Source: a virus
Length of the DNA stretch: 64,000 nt
Virus record (IMG/VR): IMGVR_UViG_3300027969_000044
Coordinates: 32,001 to 96,000 of that record
Reading direction: 5' to 3' (one strand)
Shown here: in pieces, positions 26,353 through 35,556 of the stretch
Layout: each line of letters starts with the position of its first letter
How positions within the stretch are numbered: the first letter of the stretch is position 1
Program-made: the position numbers and the translations under genes
The notes under the pieces: model-generated
The model's database searches: none
Told to the model about the DNA's origin: nothing
What the model saw: only the letters and a program-made list of their open reading frames with translations

Positions 26353-29022
26353 ATGAGTTATGTAGATGCGATCTGGAATCGCGACGACAACGTTATTCGC
26401 GTCGTTGAACGCGATCCAAAAAAGGGTAGAATCTTTACAGACTATCCAGCAAAGTATATTTTTTACTATCCCGATCAAAGGGGCAAGTACAAATCAATTT
26501 ACGGTGAAAACCTATCAAAAGTTCAATGTAAAGACTTTAAAGAATTTGCTAAAGAACAAAGAATCCATAGTGGACATAAGTTATACGAAAGTGATATTAA
26601 TCCAATCTTTCGTGTACTAGAAGAAAACTATCTAGGACAAGACTCCCCAAATTTAAATGTAGCGTTCTTCGACATTGAAGTAGACTTTGATCCAGAACGT
26701 GGCTACGCATCACCTGAAGATGCGTTTATGCCAATTACTGCAATCAGTGTCTACCTACAGTGGATGGAAACAATGATTACTCTGGCTATTCCTCCAAAGA
26801 CTATGACTATGGAGCAGGCCAAGGAAGCTGTTAAAGAGTTTTCAAATACTATACTGTATGAAAATGAAGGAGAGATGCTTGATGAGTTTCTCAACTTAAT
26901 TCAGGACGCAGATGTTATTAGTGGTTGGAATAGCGAAGGATTCGACGTTCCGTATACCGTTAATCGTGTTACTAAAGTCCTAAGCAAAGAGGACACACGT
27001 AGATTCTGTCTGTGGGACAAGTTTCCCAAGAAACGTGAATATGAAAAATATGGTAAAGATGCTGTAACATATGACTTCCACGGTCGTGTACACTTGGACA
27101 GTTTAGAATTGTATCGCAAGTATACATATGAAGAGCGCCATACCTATAGACTAGATGCTATCGGTGAAATGGAAATTGGCGAAAGCAAAACTGTCTACGA
27201 AGGTACATTAGATCAACTGTACAACAATGACTTTCGAAAGTTTATCGAATACAACAGACAAGATACTTTCTTGTTAGACAAACTAGATAAGAAGCTAAAG
27301 TTTATTTCTCTTGCCAGTACCGTCGCTCACGAAAACACAGTATTGTTACAAACAACAATGGGTGCGGTAGCTGTAACTGAACAGGCTATTATTAACGAAG
27401 CCCATCACAGGGGACTCATTGTTCCTAGTCGTCCAAAACGTGATGAAACTAAAGACGCACAGGCCGCAGGTGCTTACGTTGCGTATCCAAAGAAAGGCAT
27501 TCATGATTGGATTGGTTCGTTAGACATTAACTCACTATACCCATCTGTCATTCGTGCGTTGAACATGGGTCCGGAAACTATCATTGGGCAGTTGCGTCAA
27601 GATTACACGCAAACAGAAATTGATGCTAAGATAGCTAAAGGTTCTAGTTTTGCCGCGGCATGGGAAGGTAAGTTTGCGTCTAACGAATATGAATTTGTTA
27701 TGGCAAAGGACAAAGCCAACGAAATCATTATTGACTGGGAAGATGGAAACACCAATGTATTAACTGGTGCTCAAGTATACGATCTAATATATGAAAGCAA
27801 TCAACCGTGGATGCTCAGTGCCAACGGTACAATCTTTACGCATGAACATGAAGGTATTATTCCTGGACTACTAGCACGTTGGTACAAAGAACGTAAAGAT
27901 ATGCAGAAGAAATTAAAGGAAGCTATTAATGCTGGAAACAAAATTGAAGAAGAATACTGGGATAAACGTCAGCTCGTTAAAAAGATTAATCTTAACAGCC
28001 TGTACGGTGCTATTCTCAACGTTGGTTGTCGTTTCTTTGACAATCGTATTGGTCAATCAACCACACTTACTGGGCGAGCCATTGCTCGCCACATGGCCTC
28101 AAAAATAAATGAAGTCGTTACTGGCGAATACAATCATTTAGGTAAAGCTATTATCTATGGTGATACTGACTCTGCTTATTTTAGTGCGTATGCTAGCCTT
28201 AAGAAAGACATTGACAAAGGTTCCATTCCTTGGGACAAAGAAACTGTTATTCAAATTTACGATCAAATCGCAGATGAAGTTAACGGAACATTTCCACAGT
28301 TTATGTTAGATGCGTTTCACTCTCCAAAGTCTCGTGGAGAAGTTATCAAAGCAGGTCGAGAACTTGTTGCGATCAAAGGCCTATTCATTACCAAGAAACG
28401 CTATGCTGTTCTTTATTTTGATAAAGAAGGCAAGAGAAGTGACATAGAAGGAAAGCCGGGCAAGATCAAAGCCATGGGCTTAGATTTGAAACGCAGTGAT
28501 ACTCCAGAATTTATGCAAAAGTTTTTAGAAGAACTTCTAACTAAGGTACTTAACGGTAGCAAGGAAGAAGAGATTCTAGACCGAATTGGCGAATTTAGAA
28601 CTGAGTTCAAAGCTAGACCCGGTTGGGAGAAAGGTAGTCCGAAAAGGGCTAACAATATTACAGAGTACGAGGCCAAAGAAAAGAAAGCTGGCAAAACAAA
28701 TATGCCAGGCCACGTTCGGGCCAGTATTAACTGGAATACACTAAAACGTATGAACGGAGACAAATACTCTGTAAACATCGTTGACGGTATGAAGGTTATT
28801 GTATGTAAGCTAAAAGCCAATCCACTAGGGTATACATCAGTTGCGTACCCAGTTGACGAATTACGCTTACCAAAGTGGTTCCAAGAATTGCCGTTTGATC
28901 ACGGGGAAATGGAAACTACTATTATTAATAACAAACTGGAAAACCTTATTGGAGTTCTGGAATGGGATTTAGAATCGACTACACAAGATAACACCTTTGG
29001 TAGTCTGTTTAGTTTTGATTAA
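26353..29022 (+). CDS. Family B DNA polymerase with 3'-5' exonuclease
   Basis: DIEVD, WNSEGFDVPY, YNRQD, DINSLYPS, KINLNSLYG, YGDTDS and KKRY motifs. Confidence 0.97.
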   Translation: MSYVDAIWNRDDNVIRVVERDPKKGRIFTDYPAKYIFYYPDQRGKYKSIYGENLSKVQCKDFKEFAKEQRIHSGHKLYESDINPIFRVLEENYLGQDSPNLNVAFFDIEVDFDPERGYASPEDAFMPITAISVYLQWMETMITLAIPPKTMTMEQAKEAVKEFSNTILYENEGEMLDEFLNLIQDADVISGWNSEGFDVPYTVNRVTKVLSKEDTRRFCLWDKFPKKREYEKYGKDAVTYDFHGRVHLDSLELYRKYTYEERHTYRLDAIGEMEIGESKTVYEGTLDQLYNNDFRKFIEYNRQDTFLLDKLDKKLKFISLASTVAHENTVLLQTTMGAVAVTEQAIINEAHHRGLIVPSRPKRDETKDAQAAGAYVAYPKKGIHDWIGSLDINSLYPSVIRALNMGPETIIGQLRQDYTQTEIDAKIAKGSSFAAAWEGKFASNEYEFVMAKDKANEIIIDWEDGNTNVLTGAQVYDLIYESNQPWMLSANGTIFTHEHEGIIPGLLARWYKERKDMQKKLKEAINAGNKIEEEYWDKRQLVKKINLNSLYGAILNVGCRFFDNRIGQSTTLTGRAIARHMASKINEVVTGEYNHLGKAIIYGDTDSAYFSAYASLKKDIDKGSIPWDKETVIQIYDQIADEVNGTFPQFMLDAFHSPKSRGEVIKAGRELVAIKGLFITKKRYAVLYFDKEGKRSDIEGKPGKIKAMGLDLKRSDTPEFMQKFLEELLTKVLNGSKEEEILDRIGEFRTEFKARPGWEKGSPKRANNITEYEAKEKKAGKTNMPGHVRASINWNTLKRMNGDKYSVNIVDGMKVIVCKLKANPLGYTSVAYPVDELRLPKWFQELPFDHGEMETTIINNKLENLIGVLEWDLESTTQDNTFGSLFSFD

Positions 29023-29029
29023 AAAATAT

Positions 29030-29058
29030 TTGACTTTGCTCAAACACCTAACTATAAT
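29030..29058 (+). promoter_or_regulatory. Sigma70 promoter TTGACT-N17-TATAAT
   Basis: Near-consensus hexamers with 17-nt spacing upstream of 29077. Confidence 0.8.
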
Positions 29059-29076
29059 ATACAAAAGGACTATATC

Positions 29077-29811
29077 ATGAAAGACATTTTACAAGACATC
29101 GTATCACATACGCACAACCTAGGTTTTCTTAACATTGTTAAGGTAACTGGTACAGAAGACAAGACATTAGTAGATTCAATGGCAGATGACCGTTCGGTTA
29201 TTATGTACGCTGAAACTGCTAATCCGTACCCAGATATGATCGGCGTGTTTGGTATGCCACAATTGAACAAGTTAAAATACTTGATCGACGGCAACGAATA
29301 CAAAGACGGTGCTAAGATTGAAGTTGTTAAGCAAGATCGTAACGGTGAAGAACTTCCAGTAGGTATTCACTTTGAAAACAAAGACGGTGACTTTAAGAAC
29401 GACTACCGCTTTATGAACACAGAAATTATCAACGAAAAGTTGAAGACTGTTAAGTTCCGCGGTGTCAAGTGGGATGTAACTGTACAGCCTAGCGTACAAG
29501 CTATCCAACGTTTTGCTTTCCAAGCAGGTGCTAACACAGAGCACACAACATTCTTGGCTAAGACAGATGGTACAAATTTAAAGTTTACATTTGGTGATCA
29601 AAGTAGTCACGGTGGTGAGTTTGTATTTGCCACTGATGTAGTTGGTAAGATTACAAAGGGCTGGACATGGCCAGTTAGTAGCGTTTTAAGCATCCTTAAG
29701 ATTGCCGATGCTAACAATGCTAGTATTAGCTTTAGTAACGAAGGCGCAATGCAAATCGAACTAGACAGCGGTTTGGCAATTTACAAGTATATTATTCCAG
29801 CACAGGCATGA
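29077..29811 (+). CDS. Probable sliding clamp (gp45/PCNA-like)
   Basis: 244 aa, clamp-like alternating beta/alpha pattern and C-terminal YKYIIPA; next to PolB, with a clamp loader in the window. Confidence 0.55.
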   Translation: MKDILQDIVSHTHNLGFLNIVKVTGTEDKTLVDSMADDRSVIMYAETANPYPDMIGVFGMPQLNKLKYLIDGNEYKDGAKIEVVKQDRNGEELPVGIHFENKDGDFKNDYRFMNTEIINEKLKTVKFRGVKWDVTVQPSVQAIQRFAFQAGANTEHTTFLAKTDGTNLKFTFGDQSSHGGEFVFATDVVGKITKGWTWPVSSVLSILKIADANNASISFSNEGAMQIELDSGLAIYKYIIPAQA

Positions 29812-30176
29812 TAAACGGAATAACCCAACACGGAAAGTATATGTATATACATGGGGGCCATGCTGGTGGTCCTTATGTTAATATGAGTAATCCGTCTGCC
29901 GGTATGGTTCGATTTGACGGTGCTAACCTACAGGCATATGACGGCAATACTTGGATGACCATTGCCGGTTCAACGGCATCTGTTGGGATGAGTCCTGTTG
30001 CCGAGGAAGCAATTGACTGGGTCCGCCAGCAGATGGAAAAAGAAAAACAATTTTTTGACTTGGCAAAGACTTCTAAATCTGTTAGTATTGCATTAGAAAA
30101 CCTAAATAAAGCCAAAGCAGAACTAGAATTAATAGCCATCTTGGCGAAAGAGCACAATGAAGAAACCACCACTTAA
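29808..30176 (+). CDS. Hypothetical protein
   Basis: Overlapping start and stop with neighbours. Confidence 0.65.
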   Translation: MINGITQHGKYMYIHGGHAGGPYVNMSNPSAGMVRFDGANLQAYDGNTWMTIAGSTASVGMSPVAEEAIDWVRQQMEKEKQFFDLAKTSKSVSIALENLNKAKAELELIAILAKEHNEETTT

Positions 30177-31836
30177 CTTAACCCCACTACAGAAAGACTA
30201 CGCAGTATATCTACCTGCGATTAGTTCGTTCTACAGTACATATATTGCTAAACAACGTTTAGAAGAATTTGTTTCTAAAGATCGTATTCCTAAAGGATTT
30301 GATCGTGGCATCGAAGGCATGAATTTTTTAAATGAAGAAGAAGGATACTTTACATACAGATACGGCCTGTACTCTGCGGGTCACGCACAATTAGACTTAA
30401 ACAAAAGTATGGTACAGGAGTCTATGATCCAACAACGTGATCGCAGTAAGACTATGATCTTAGGCGACTCGGGCGGATACCAGATCGGTAAAGGTGTTCT
30501 TAAATTTGATTGGTTAGACTTTGAAGGTAAGAGTGCTAACAAGACTCGTCAAAATATTCTAGAGTGGTTAGAACTAACTGCTGATTGGTCAATGATGCTG
30601 GACGTTCCTACTTGGGCGTGTGATCACATTCATAGTCCAAAGACCGGACTAAAAACATTTGAAGACTGTTTAGAAAAAACACGTTTTAATAACGACTACT
30701 TCCTACAAAATAGATTAGGTCAAACTAAATGGCTTAATGTACTACAAGGTGGTGACTGGGATACTGCTGAAAAGTGGTACAACGGTGTTAAAGAATTTAG
30801 CGATCCAACTGGTCCATACGCAGGCAAAGAAGCCGAAGGATGGGCAATGGGGGGTGCTAATATGTGTAAGATGGATATTACGTTAAAGCGTCTAATGACA
30901 CTACGTGAAGACAACTTACTAAAAGGAAAAGACTGGATGCACTTTTTGGGTACTGCTCAACTAGACTGGTCTTGTTATCTAACTTTAATTCAACGTCAAA
31001 TTAGGAAGCATATCAATGAAAACTTTACCATCTCTTTTGATTGCGCCTCACCGTTTATCGCAACAGCGCACGGACTTGTCTACACAAACGCACAACACAC
31101 GAACAAAAGGTGGAGTGTTATTATGGACAAAGCCCCAGATAACAAATCATTGTCAGGACGTTCAGACATTCCATTCCCATTCGCAAGCGAAACAGGAAGT
31201 AGATTAACAATGGAAGATATTGCGTACTATGATATTGGTACACGCAAGACCGATGCCGAGTTAGGTACTAAGAAAGATAAAAACGGCAATGACGTTCAGA
31301 TTGAATTTGATCACTTGAAAAAAGAGCATTACAATATTGTCCCAAGACTTAACAAATTAGACAAGATTCCAAACAAAACATCTTGGGACAGTTTTGCCTA
31401 CGCTCTAATGATGGGCCATAACGTAGAATGCCATATTGTTGCTGTACAACGTGCTCAACAATTAATGGACATTGAGACTGTACGATTTAAACCTAATTGG
31501 AGAAGTTGGGGTATCGAGGGTAAGAAGGAAAAAGAATTTAGTGATTGGGTTCCCCGTAGAATCTTGTACTTTGCTACATTCATTGAAGAACTATTTGAAA
31601 CTAAGACAAAATCTGAAGCTTTTGAGTTAATCGATAGTGCTACTGTATTCTTACGTAGTTTAGAAGGTGCTCGTTTACAAGGCGGTCCTGCTCAAAACGA
31701 ATTTAATAATTTGTTTACAATTGAAGACAAGTCTATAGTAAGACTTGCGCCAGATGGCACGCCACTTTTCGATCAACAAGATGATCCAAGTTTACGTATA
31801 CTAGAGGAAAACATCCAAGATGCGAATGAGCCTTGA
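30157..31836 (+). CDS. dpdA: TGT-fold guanine transglycosylase, probably DNA-acting (DpdA-like)
   Basis: GDSGGYQ, MLDVP, NVLQG, GWAMGG, HFLG and SFD motifs in TGT order; clustered with folE and queE. Confidence 0.75.
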   Translation: MKKPPLNLTPLQKDYAVYLPAISSFYSTYIAKQRLEEFVSKDRIPKGFDRGIEGMNFLNEEEGYFTYRYGLYSAGHAQLDLNKSMVQESMIQQRDRSKTMILGDSGGYQIGKGVLKFDWLDFEGKSANKTRQNILEWLELTADWSMMLDVPTWACDHIHSPKTGLKTFEDCLEKTRFNNDYFLQNRLGQTKWLNVLQGGDWDTAEKWYNGVKEFSDPTGPYAGKEAEGWAMGGANMCKMDITLKRLMTLREDNLLKGKDWMHFLGTAQLDWSCYLTLIQRQIRKHINENFTISFDCASPFIATAHGLVYTNAQHTNKRWSVIMDKAPDNKSLSGRSDIPFPFASETGSRLTMEDIAYYDIGTRKTDAELGTKKDKNGNDVQIEFDHLKKEHYNIVPRLNKLDKIPNKTSWDSFAYALMMGHNVECHIVAVQRAQQLMDIETVRFKPNWRSWGIEGKKEKEFSDWVPRRILYFATFIEELFETKTKSEAFELIDSATVFLRSLEGARLQGGPAQNEFNNLFTIEDKSIVRLAPDGTPLFDQQDDPSLRILEENIQDANEP

Positions 31837-32020
31837 TAAAATGGAAAAACACATTGAAATCTTAAAAGAGATTAGAAATGTGCTTGACAGAGACATAGCA
31901 GAGAAGTTAAAATATAGTAGTGCTAGTCAAGACGAGATTGATCAAATGAAAGCTCGTCTACTAGAAATGGACAGACAAATCGAACAAGAATTAAAGAGTA
32001 TTGGAAACAGATATGAATAG
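31820..32020 (+). CDS. Small coiled-coil hypothetical protein
   Basis: 66-aa ORF overlapping its neighbours. Confidence 0.55.
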   Translation: MRMSLDKMEKHIEILKEIRNVLDRDIAEKLKYSSASQDEIDQMKARLLEMDRQIEQELKSIGNRYE

Positions 32021-32537
32021 AGATTACATAACTGGTAAAGCTGAAGCAGTTGAGTTTTTTACTGGAATTGAAATTGAACACACTCCTGCTTACGGAATGG
32101 AAACATTGTTTGTAACAGGTGTACACAGTCCCGATACTATCCTAGCAATGGCTGAAGAAAATAATGTTAAACATATTTATTTTGGAGCTAACCAAAGTTT
32201 TAGAACCGGTGGTGTTAACGATGCCGTAACTTGGGGACTTTGGGAAAAGATGATCTTTCCATGTCTTAAAAAAGGATACTGGTGTACATTAGACTTTGAT
32301 GTTAAAGAAGTTGAGGGACTAGTTGAGGGCGGATTTTGTGAGCACCGAAAATTCATTCCTATGATTTCGGTAAAAATTCCCTACTTGACACAACTCAATT
32401 ATAATGCTACAATTAAGATTGACGACAAGGGGTTTGAAGCAACTAACCCCGGTGTGTGGACTCATCAACTTCATGATCTTATGAAGCGTGAGAAATTTAC
32501 TGACTGGGATCAGTATAAGGACGATGAAATTTTATGA
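32013..32537 (+). CDS. Hypothetical protein in the modification cluster
   Basis: Globular enzyme-like ORF (EIEHTPAYG..TLFV, HIYFGANQSF, KIDD..F.ATNPGVW); ATG 32013 chosen as start. Confidence 0.7.
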   Translation: MNRDYITGKAEAVEFFTGIEIEHTPAYGMETLFVTGVHSPDTILAMAEENNVKHIYFGANQSFRTGGVNDAVTWGLWEKMIFPCLKKGYWCTLDFDVKEVEGLVEGGFCEHRKFIPMISVKIPYLTQLNYNATIKIDDKGFEATNPGVWTHQLHDLMKREKFTDWDQYKDDEIL

Positions 32538-32956
32538 GTTCAGTCATTAACAATTATGCTCCGGAATGCTCTTATCCCGGTTGTACTAATAAAGTTGGTT
32601 ATCATAAAAAGTACAATAAACAAGATGGATCTCCCGGCGCAAAATGGAAGAGTTGTTGCGAGTTTCACAGAAAGGCTCAAAAACCCGCTATGGATAAATT
32701 TAAAATGAAATCTGGATGTGCTAATGTTGACGCTCATCACGGATTTAAATGTACCTCAAATATTACTAGCCCCGGACAATTAGATATTAATCACATTGAC
32801 GGTAATAGATATAACAACTCCCCAGAAAATCGAGAAGTGTTATGTAAGGTGTGCCATCAACAAGTTACAATTGATAACGAACACTACTTAAATAGATACT
32901 CGCACATAAATCCTAATTTTAATAAACATTTTGAAGAAATAAAGCATGAACAATGA
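32534..32956 (+). CDS. HNH endonuclease (free-standing, possibly homing)
   Basis: LDINHIDGNRYNNSPENREVLCKVCH motif plus N-terminal Cys pairs. Confidence 0.85.
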   Translation: MSSVINNYAPECSYPGCTNKVGYHKKYNKQDGSPGAKWKSCCEFHRKAQKPAMDKFKMKSGCANVDAHHGFKCTSNITSPGQLDINHIDGNRYNNSPENREVLCKVCHQQVTIDNEHYLNRYSHINPNFNKHFEEIKHEQ

Positions 32957-33347
32957 ACTATCTATGATTTGGGTTACCTTCCGTAAAGAAGGCATTCACC
33001 TGTACCCTGCCGCGGCAACTGATCCAAAGTTAGCTACAGGCGACGAATACGATGTCAGTTTCCTTGGAACTCCGCATCGTCATATTTTCCATTTTAAAGT
33101 TTCTATCCAGGTCTTCCAAGATGACCGCGATATTGAATTTATCCAGTTTAAGCGTTGGCTTGAAAAGTGCTACAGCGATGGCACATTAGAGCTCAACCAC
33201 AAATCCTGTGAGATGATTGCTCGTGATCTTAACGACATTATCAAAGCAAGATACCCCGGTCGCAAGACCATCATTGACGTAAGTGAAGACGGCGAGAATG
33301 GCGCCACACTTACATTCCTTAATCATATTTCTACAATGGAATCTTAA
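32946..33347 (+). CDS. dpdL: QueD-like T-fold protein with LxxxHRHxF motif (DpdL-like, putative CDG decarboxylase)
   Basis: LGTPHRHIF at 33063-33089 instead of the QueD CxxxHGH motif; SCEMIA and VSEDGEN T-fold acidic motifs. The DpdL motif is from recall and needs confirming by alignment. Confidence 0.6.
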   Translation: MNNELSMIWVTFRKEGIHLYPAAATDPKLATGDEYDVSFLGTPHRHIFHFKVSIQVFQDDRDIEFIQFKRWLEKCYSDGTLELNHKSCEMIARDLNDIIKARYPGRKTIIDVSEDGENGATLTFLNHISTMES

Positions 33348-33348
33348 A

Positions 33349-33594
33349 ATGGCAGTCCCTGCTTATATCCAAAAAACCCTCCGTATGAAACCCGAAGTCG
33401 AAAAGATTTTTGACGACCTCGAAGCATGGCACGACTACTGTCGTTTTAATATGCTTAACTTCAATCAGGCGGATTTGTATCGCTCACATGATTGGCGTAA
33501 TTCTCAACGTGCTAACGGCACATATGAGCGCAAGCCATACCTGGGCAAAAAGCCACGTTACGAAGGTCGTCCTGAATACAGGAACAATCGTTAA
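33349..33594 (+). CDS. Hypothetical protein
   Basis: ATG 33349 immediately after the upstream stop; IFDDLEAWHDYCR segment. Confidence 0.65.
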   Translation: MAVPAYIQKTLRMKPEVEKIFDDLEAWHDYCRFNMLNFNQADLYRSHDWRNSQRANGTYERKPYLGKKPRYEGRPEYRNNR

Positions 33595-34692
33595 ATGAAA
33601 GTATTCCTCGTTGATCTCGAGGCAGTAGAGACTAGGTACACTGGTCAATGGAAGACTCATGTACCTGCTCTACTTAGAAAGAGAGGTTTTAATGTTCAAG
33701 TTATATCGGGTCCTAGCGATATTCCTAGCGCCACTACTCCTGGTGCCTTTCTCAATTTTGGGGGCACTAATATCTATAAGGCAAACCAAGTGGAACAGCT
33801 TGGAAGACTTTTTTGTTCAGGATCCGTCAAGGCTGGCGATCATTTTATTTTTACTGACGCTTGGCATCCGGGCATTATAAACTTAAAGTACATGAGTGAG
33901 TTGTTAGGTATTCCTATTACAACACACGGTCTTTGGCATGCCGGCAGTTATGATCCACAAGATTTCTTAGGACGTTTAGTTGGTAATAAGCCCTGGGTAA
34001 GGCACGCCGAAAAGAGTTTCTTCCACGCATTTGATCATAACTACTTTGCTACGCAATTCCATATTAAACTGTTCTATACTAATCTATTAAACGATTATCC
34101 TACAGAGAATCCGTGGTTTAGTGAACACCTTGATGAAATTCTAAAAGGTGAAGATCCTAGATTTGTGCGTACTGGTTGGCCTATGGAGTATATGCCAGAT
34201 ATGTTTACTATGTATAAGAACATGCCCAAGCGTGATCTTATACTGTTCCCTCATCGCATAGCGCCAGAGAAACAGGTTGAAATATTCCGTGACTTAGCTA
34301 CACATTTGCCGCAATATGAATTTGTTGTCTGTCAGGATCAACAGCTAACCAAGAACGAATATCATAATTTACTAGGCGAATCTAAACTAGTGTTTAGTGC
34401 TAACTTACAAGAAACATTAGGCATCAGTTGGTACGAAGGCGCATTAGTTGATGCTATTCCAATGGTTCCAGATCGTCTAAGCTATTCAGAAATGGCTTAT
34501 GATACATTTAAGTATCCTAGCGAGTGGACTGAAAGTTGGAATCATTATGTAGCAAATCGTAAAGAAATTTGTAATAAGATTATCCAGTATATGGAAAACT
34601 ATGACAAGTTCCTTCCTCAGTTACAAAAGCAGGCACAAGACCTAACTAAGTTATTCTTTAGTGCTAATAACCTTATACAAAATATAAAATGA
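33595..34692 (+). CDS. GT-B glycosyltransferase
   Basis: FPHRIAPEKQ and ETLGISWYEG (GT4-like E-x7-E) motifs in the C-terminal Rossmann domain. Confidence 0.8.
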   Translation: MKVFLVDLEAVETRYTGQWKTHVPALLRKRGFNVQVISGPSDIPSATTPGAFLNFGGTNIYKANQVEQLGRLFCSGSVKAGDHFIFTDAWHPGIINLKYMSELLGIPITTHGLWHAGSYDPQDFLGRLVGNKPWVRHAEKSFFHAFDHNYFATQFHIKLFYTNLLNDYPTENPWFSEHLDEILKGEDPRFVRTGWPMEYMPDMFTMYKNMPKRDLILFPHRIAPEKQVEIFRDLATHLPQYEFVVCQDQQLTKNEYHNLLGESKLVFSANLQETLGISWYEGALVDAIPMVPDRLSYSEMAYDTFKYPSEWTESWNHYVANRKEICNKIIQYMENYDKFLPQLQKQAQDLTKLFFSANNLIQNIK

Positions 34693-35501
34693 ATGATTCT
34701 TTTTACCCTCGAATAGGCATTGTTGGTTTAGGATTTGTAGGCGAAGCAATTCGTTCTTCTACTGAATTTGTACCAGACAACGTAGTATGCGTAGACTCAG
34801 ATGTACGTAAAGGATATGTTGGAACTTACGCAGACTTAATGACGTGTGAAGGCATCTTTATATGTGTGCCAAGTCCGATGGGTCCGGACGGGAAGTGCGA
34901 TACAAGCATTTTAGAAAATGTTTTAGAAAAGCTAAAAGACTTTCGAGGTGTTATTATTTCTAAAGTAACAGCACCTCCAGACATTTACCAACGCCTTAAC
35001 AAACAATATCCCAATCTAGTTCATGCTCCTGAATTTTTAACGGCGGCCAATGCCAGTAGAGATTATGCCAATGCTAAATGGTGTATCATTGGCGGCGATG
35101 TCCGTGCTTATAGAAACGAAGCCGAACGCATTATTAAGATGACACAACCTGGACTAGAAACTGTTAAATTTTGTAGTATTGGAGACGCCGCTCTAGCCAA
35201 ATATGCTATTAATAATTTCTTAGCTACCAAAGTGGTTTTTATGAATGAGCTGTATCAACTGGCTAATAAGACAGGATTAAATTATGATGTAGTGGCTAAT
35301 TTAATTAAACAAGATATACGCATCGGCGATAGTCATATGCGTGTTCCAGGAACAGACGGATCATTAGGATTTGGCGGATACTGCTTTCCTAAAGATACCG
35401 AAGCACTATTAAATTATGCAAAGCAATACGGTATTGACCTAAATGTAATATCATCAGCAGTACAGAAAAATTTGCTGTTGAGGTTGACTGAACCTAAATA
35501 A
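34689..35501 (+). CDS. UDP-glucose/GDP-mannose dehydrogenase-like protein lacking the C-terminal domain
   Basis: GLGFVG, ICVPSP, PEFL, KY..N.FLATKV.F.NE and GFGGYCFPKD motifs; 270 aa. Confidence 0.88.
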   Translation: MNDSFYPRIGIVGLGFVGEAIRSSTEFVPDNVVCVDSDVRKGYVGTYADLMTCEGIFICVPSPMGPDGKCDTSILENVLEKLKDFRGVIISKVTAPPDIYQRLNKQYPNLVHAPEFLTAANASRDYANAKWCIIGGDVRAYRNEAERIIKMTQPGLETVKFCSIGDAALAKYAINNFLATKVVFMNELYQLANKTGLNYDVVANLIKQDIRIGDSHMRVPGTDGSLGFGGYCFPKDTEALLNYAKQYGIDLNVISSAVQKNLLLRLTEPK

Positions 35502-35512
35502 TAGTATAAAAT
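35484..35512 (+). promoter_or_regulatory. Sigma70-type promoter TTGACT-N17-TAAAAT for folE
   Basis: -35 at 35484-35489, -10 at 35507-35512; a TAAATA also lies at 35495-35500. Confidence 0.65.
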
Positions 35513-35520
35513 AAACAAAT

Positions 35521-35546
35521 GGCAATCCACTGCCTTAACATCGGAG
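35521..35546 (+). ncRNA. Candidate miniature pseudoknot cis-regulator in the folE leader
   Basis: GGCA-ATCCAC-TGCC-TTAACATC-GGAG; loop TCC is complementary to GGA of the SD. Confidence 0.4.
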
Positions 35547-35556
35547 AATAAAAACA

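Noticed and set aside
26353-29022. Intein or intron in the DNA polymerase
   Set aside because: A continuous 889-aa ORF with normally spaced motifs and no splicing signatures.
30157-31836. Ordinary tRNA-guanine transglycosylase (queuosine pathway)
   Set aside because: It lacks the C-terminal CxCxxC zinc site of bacterial Tgt, is much longer, has no queA/queF/queC nearby and sits in the replication module. A DNA-acting role is favoured but not proven.
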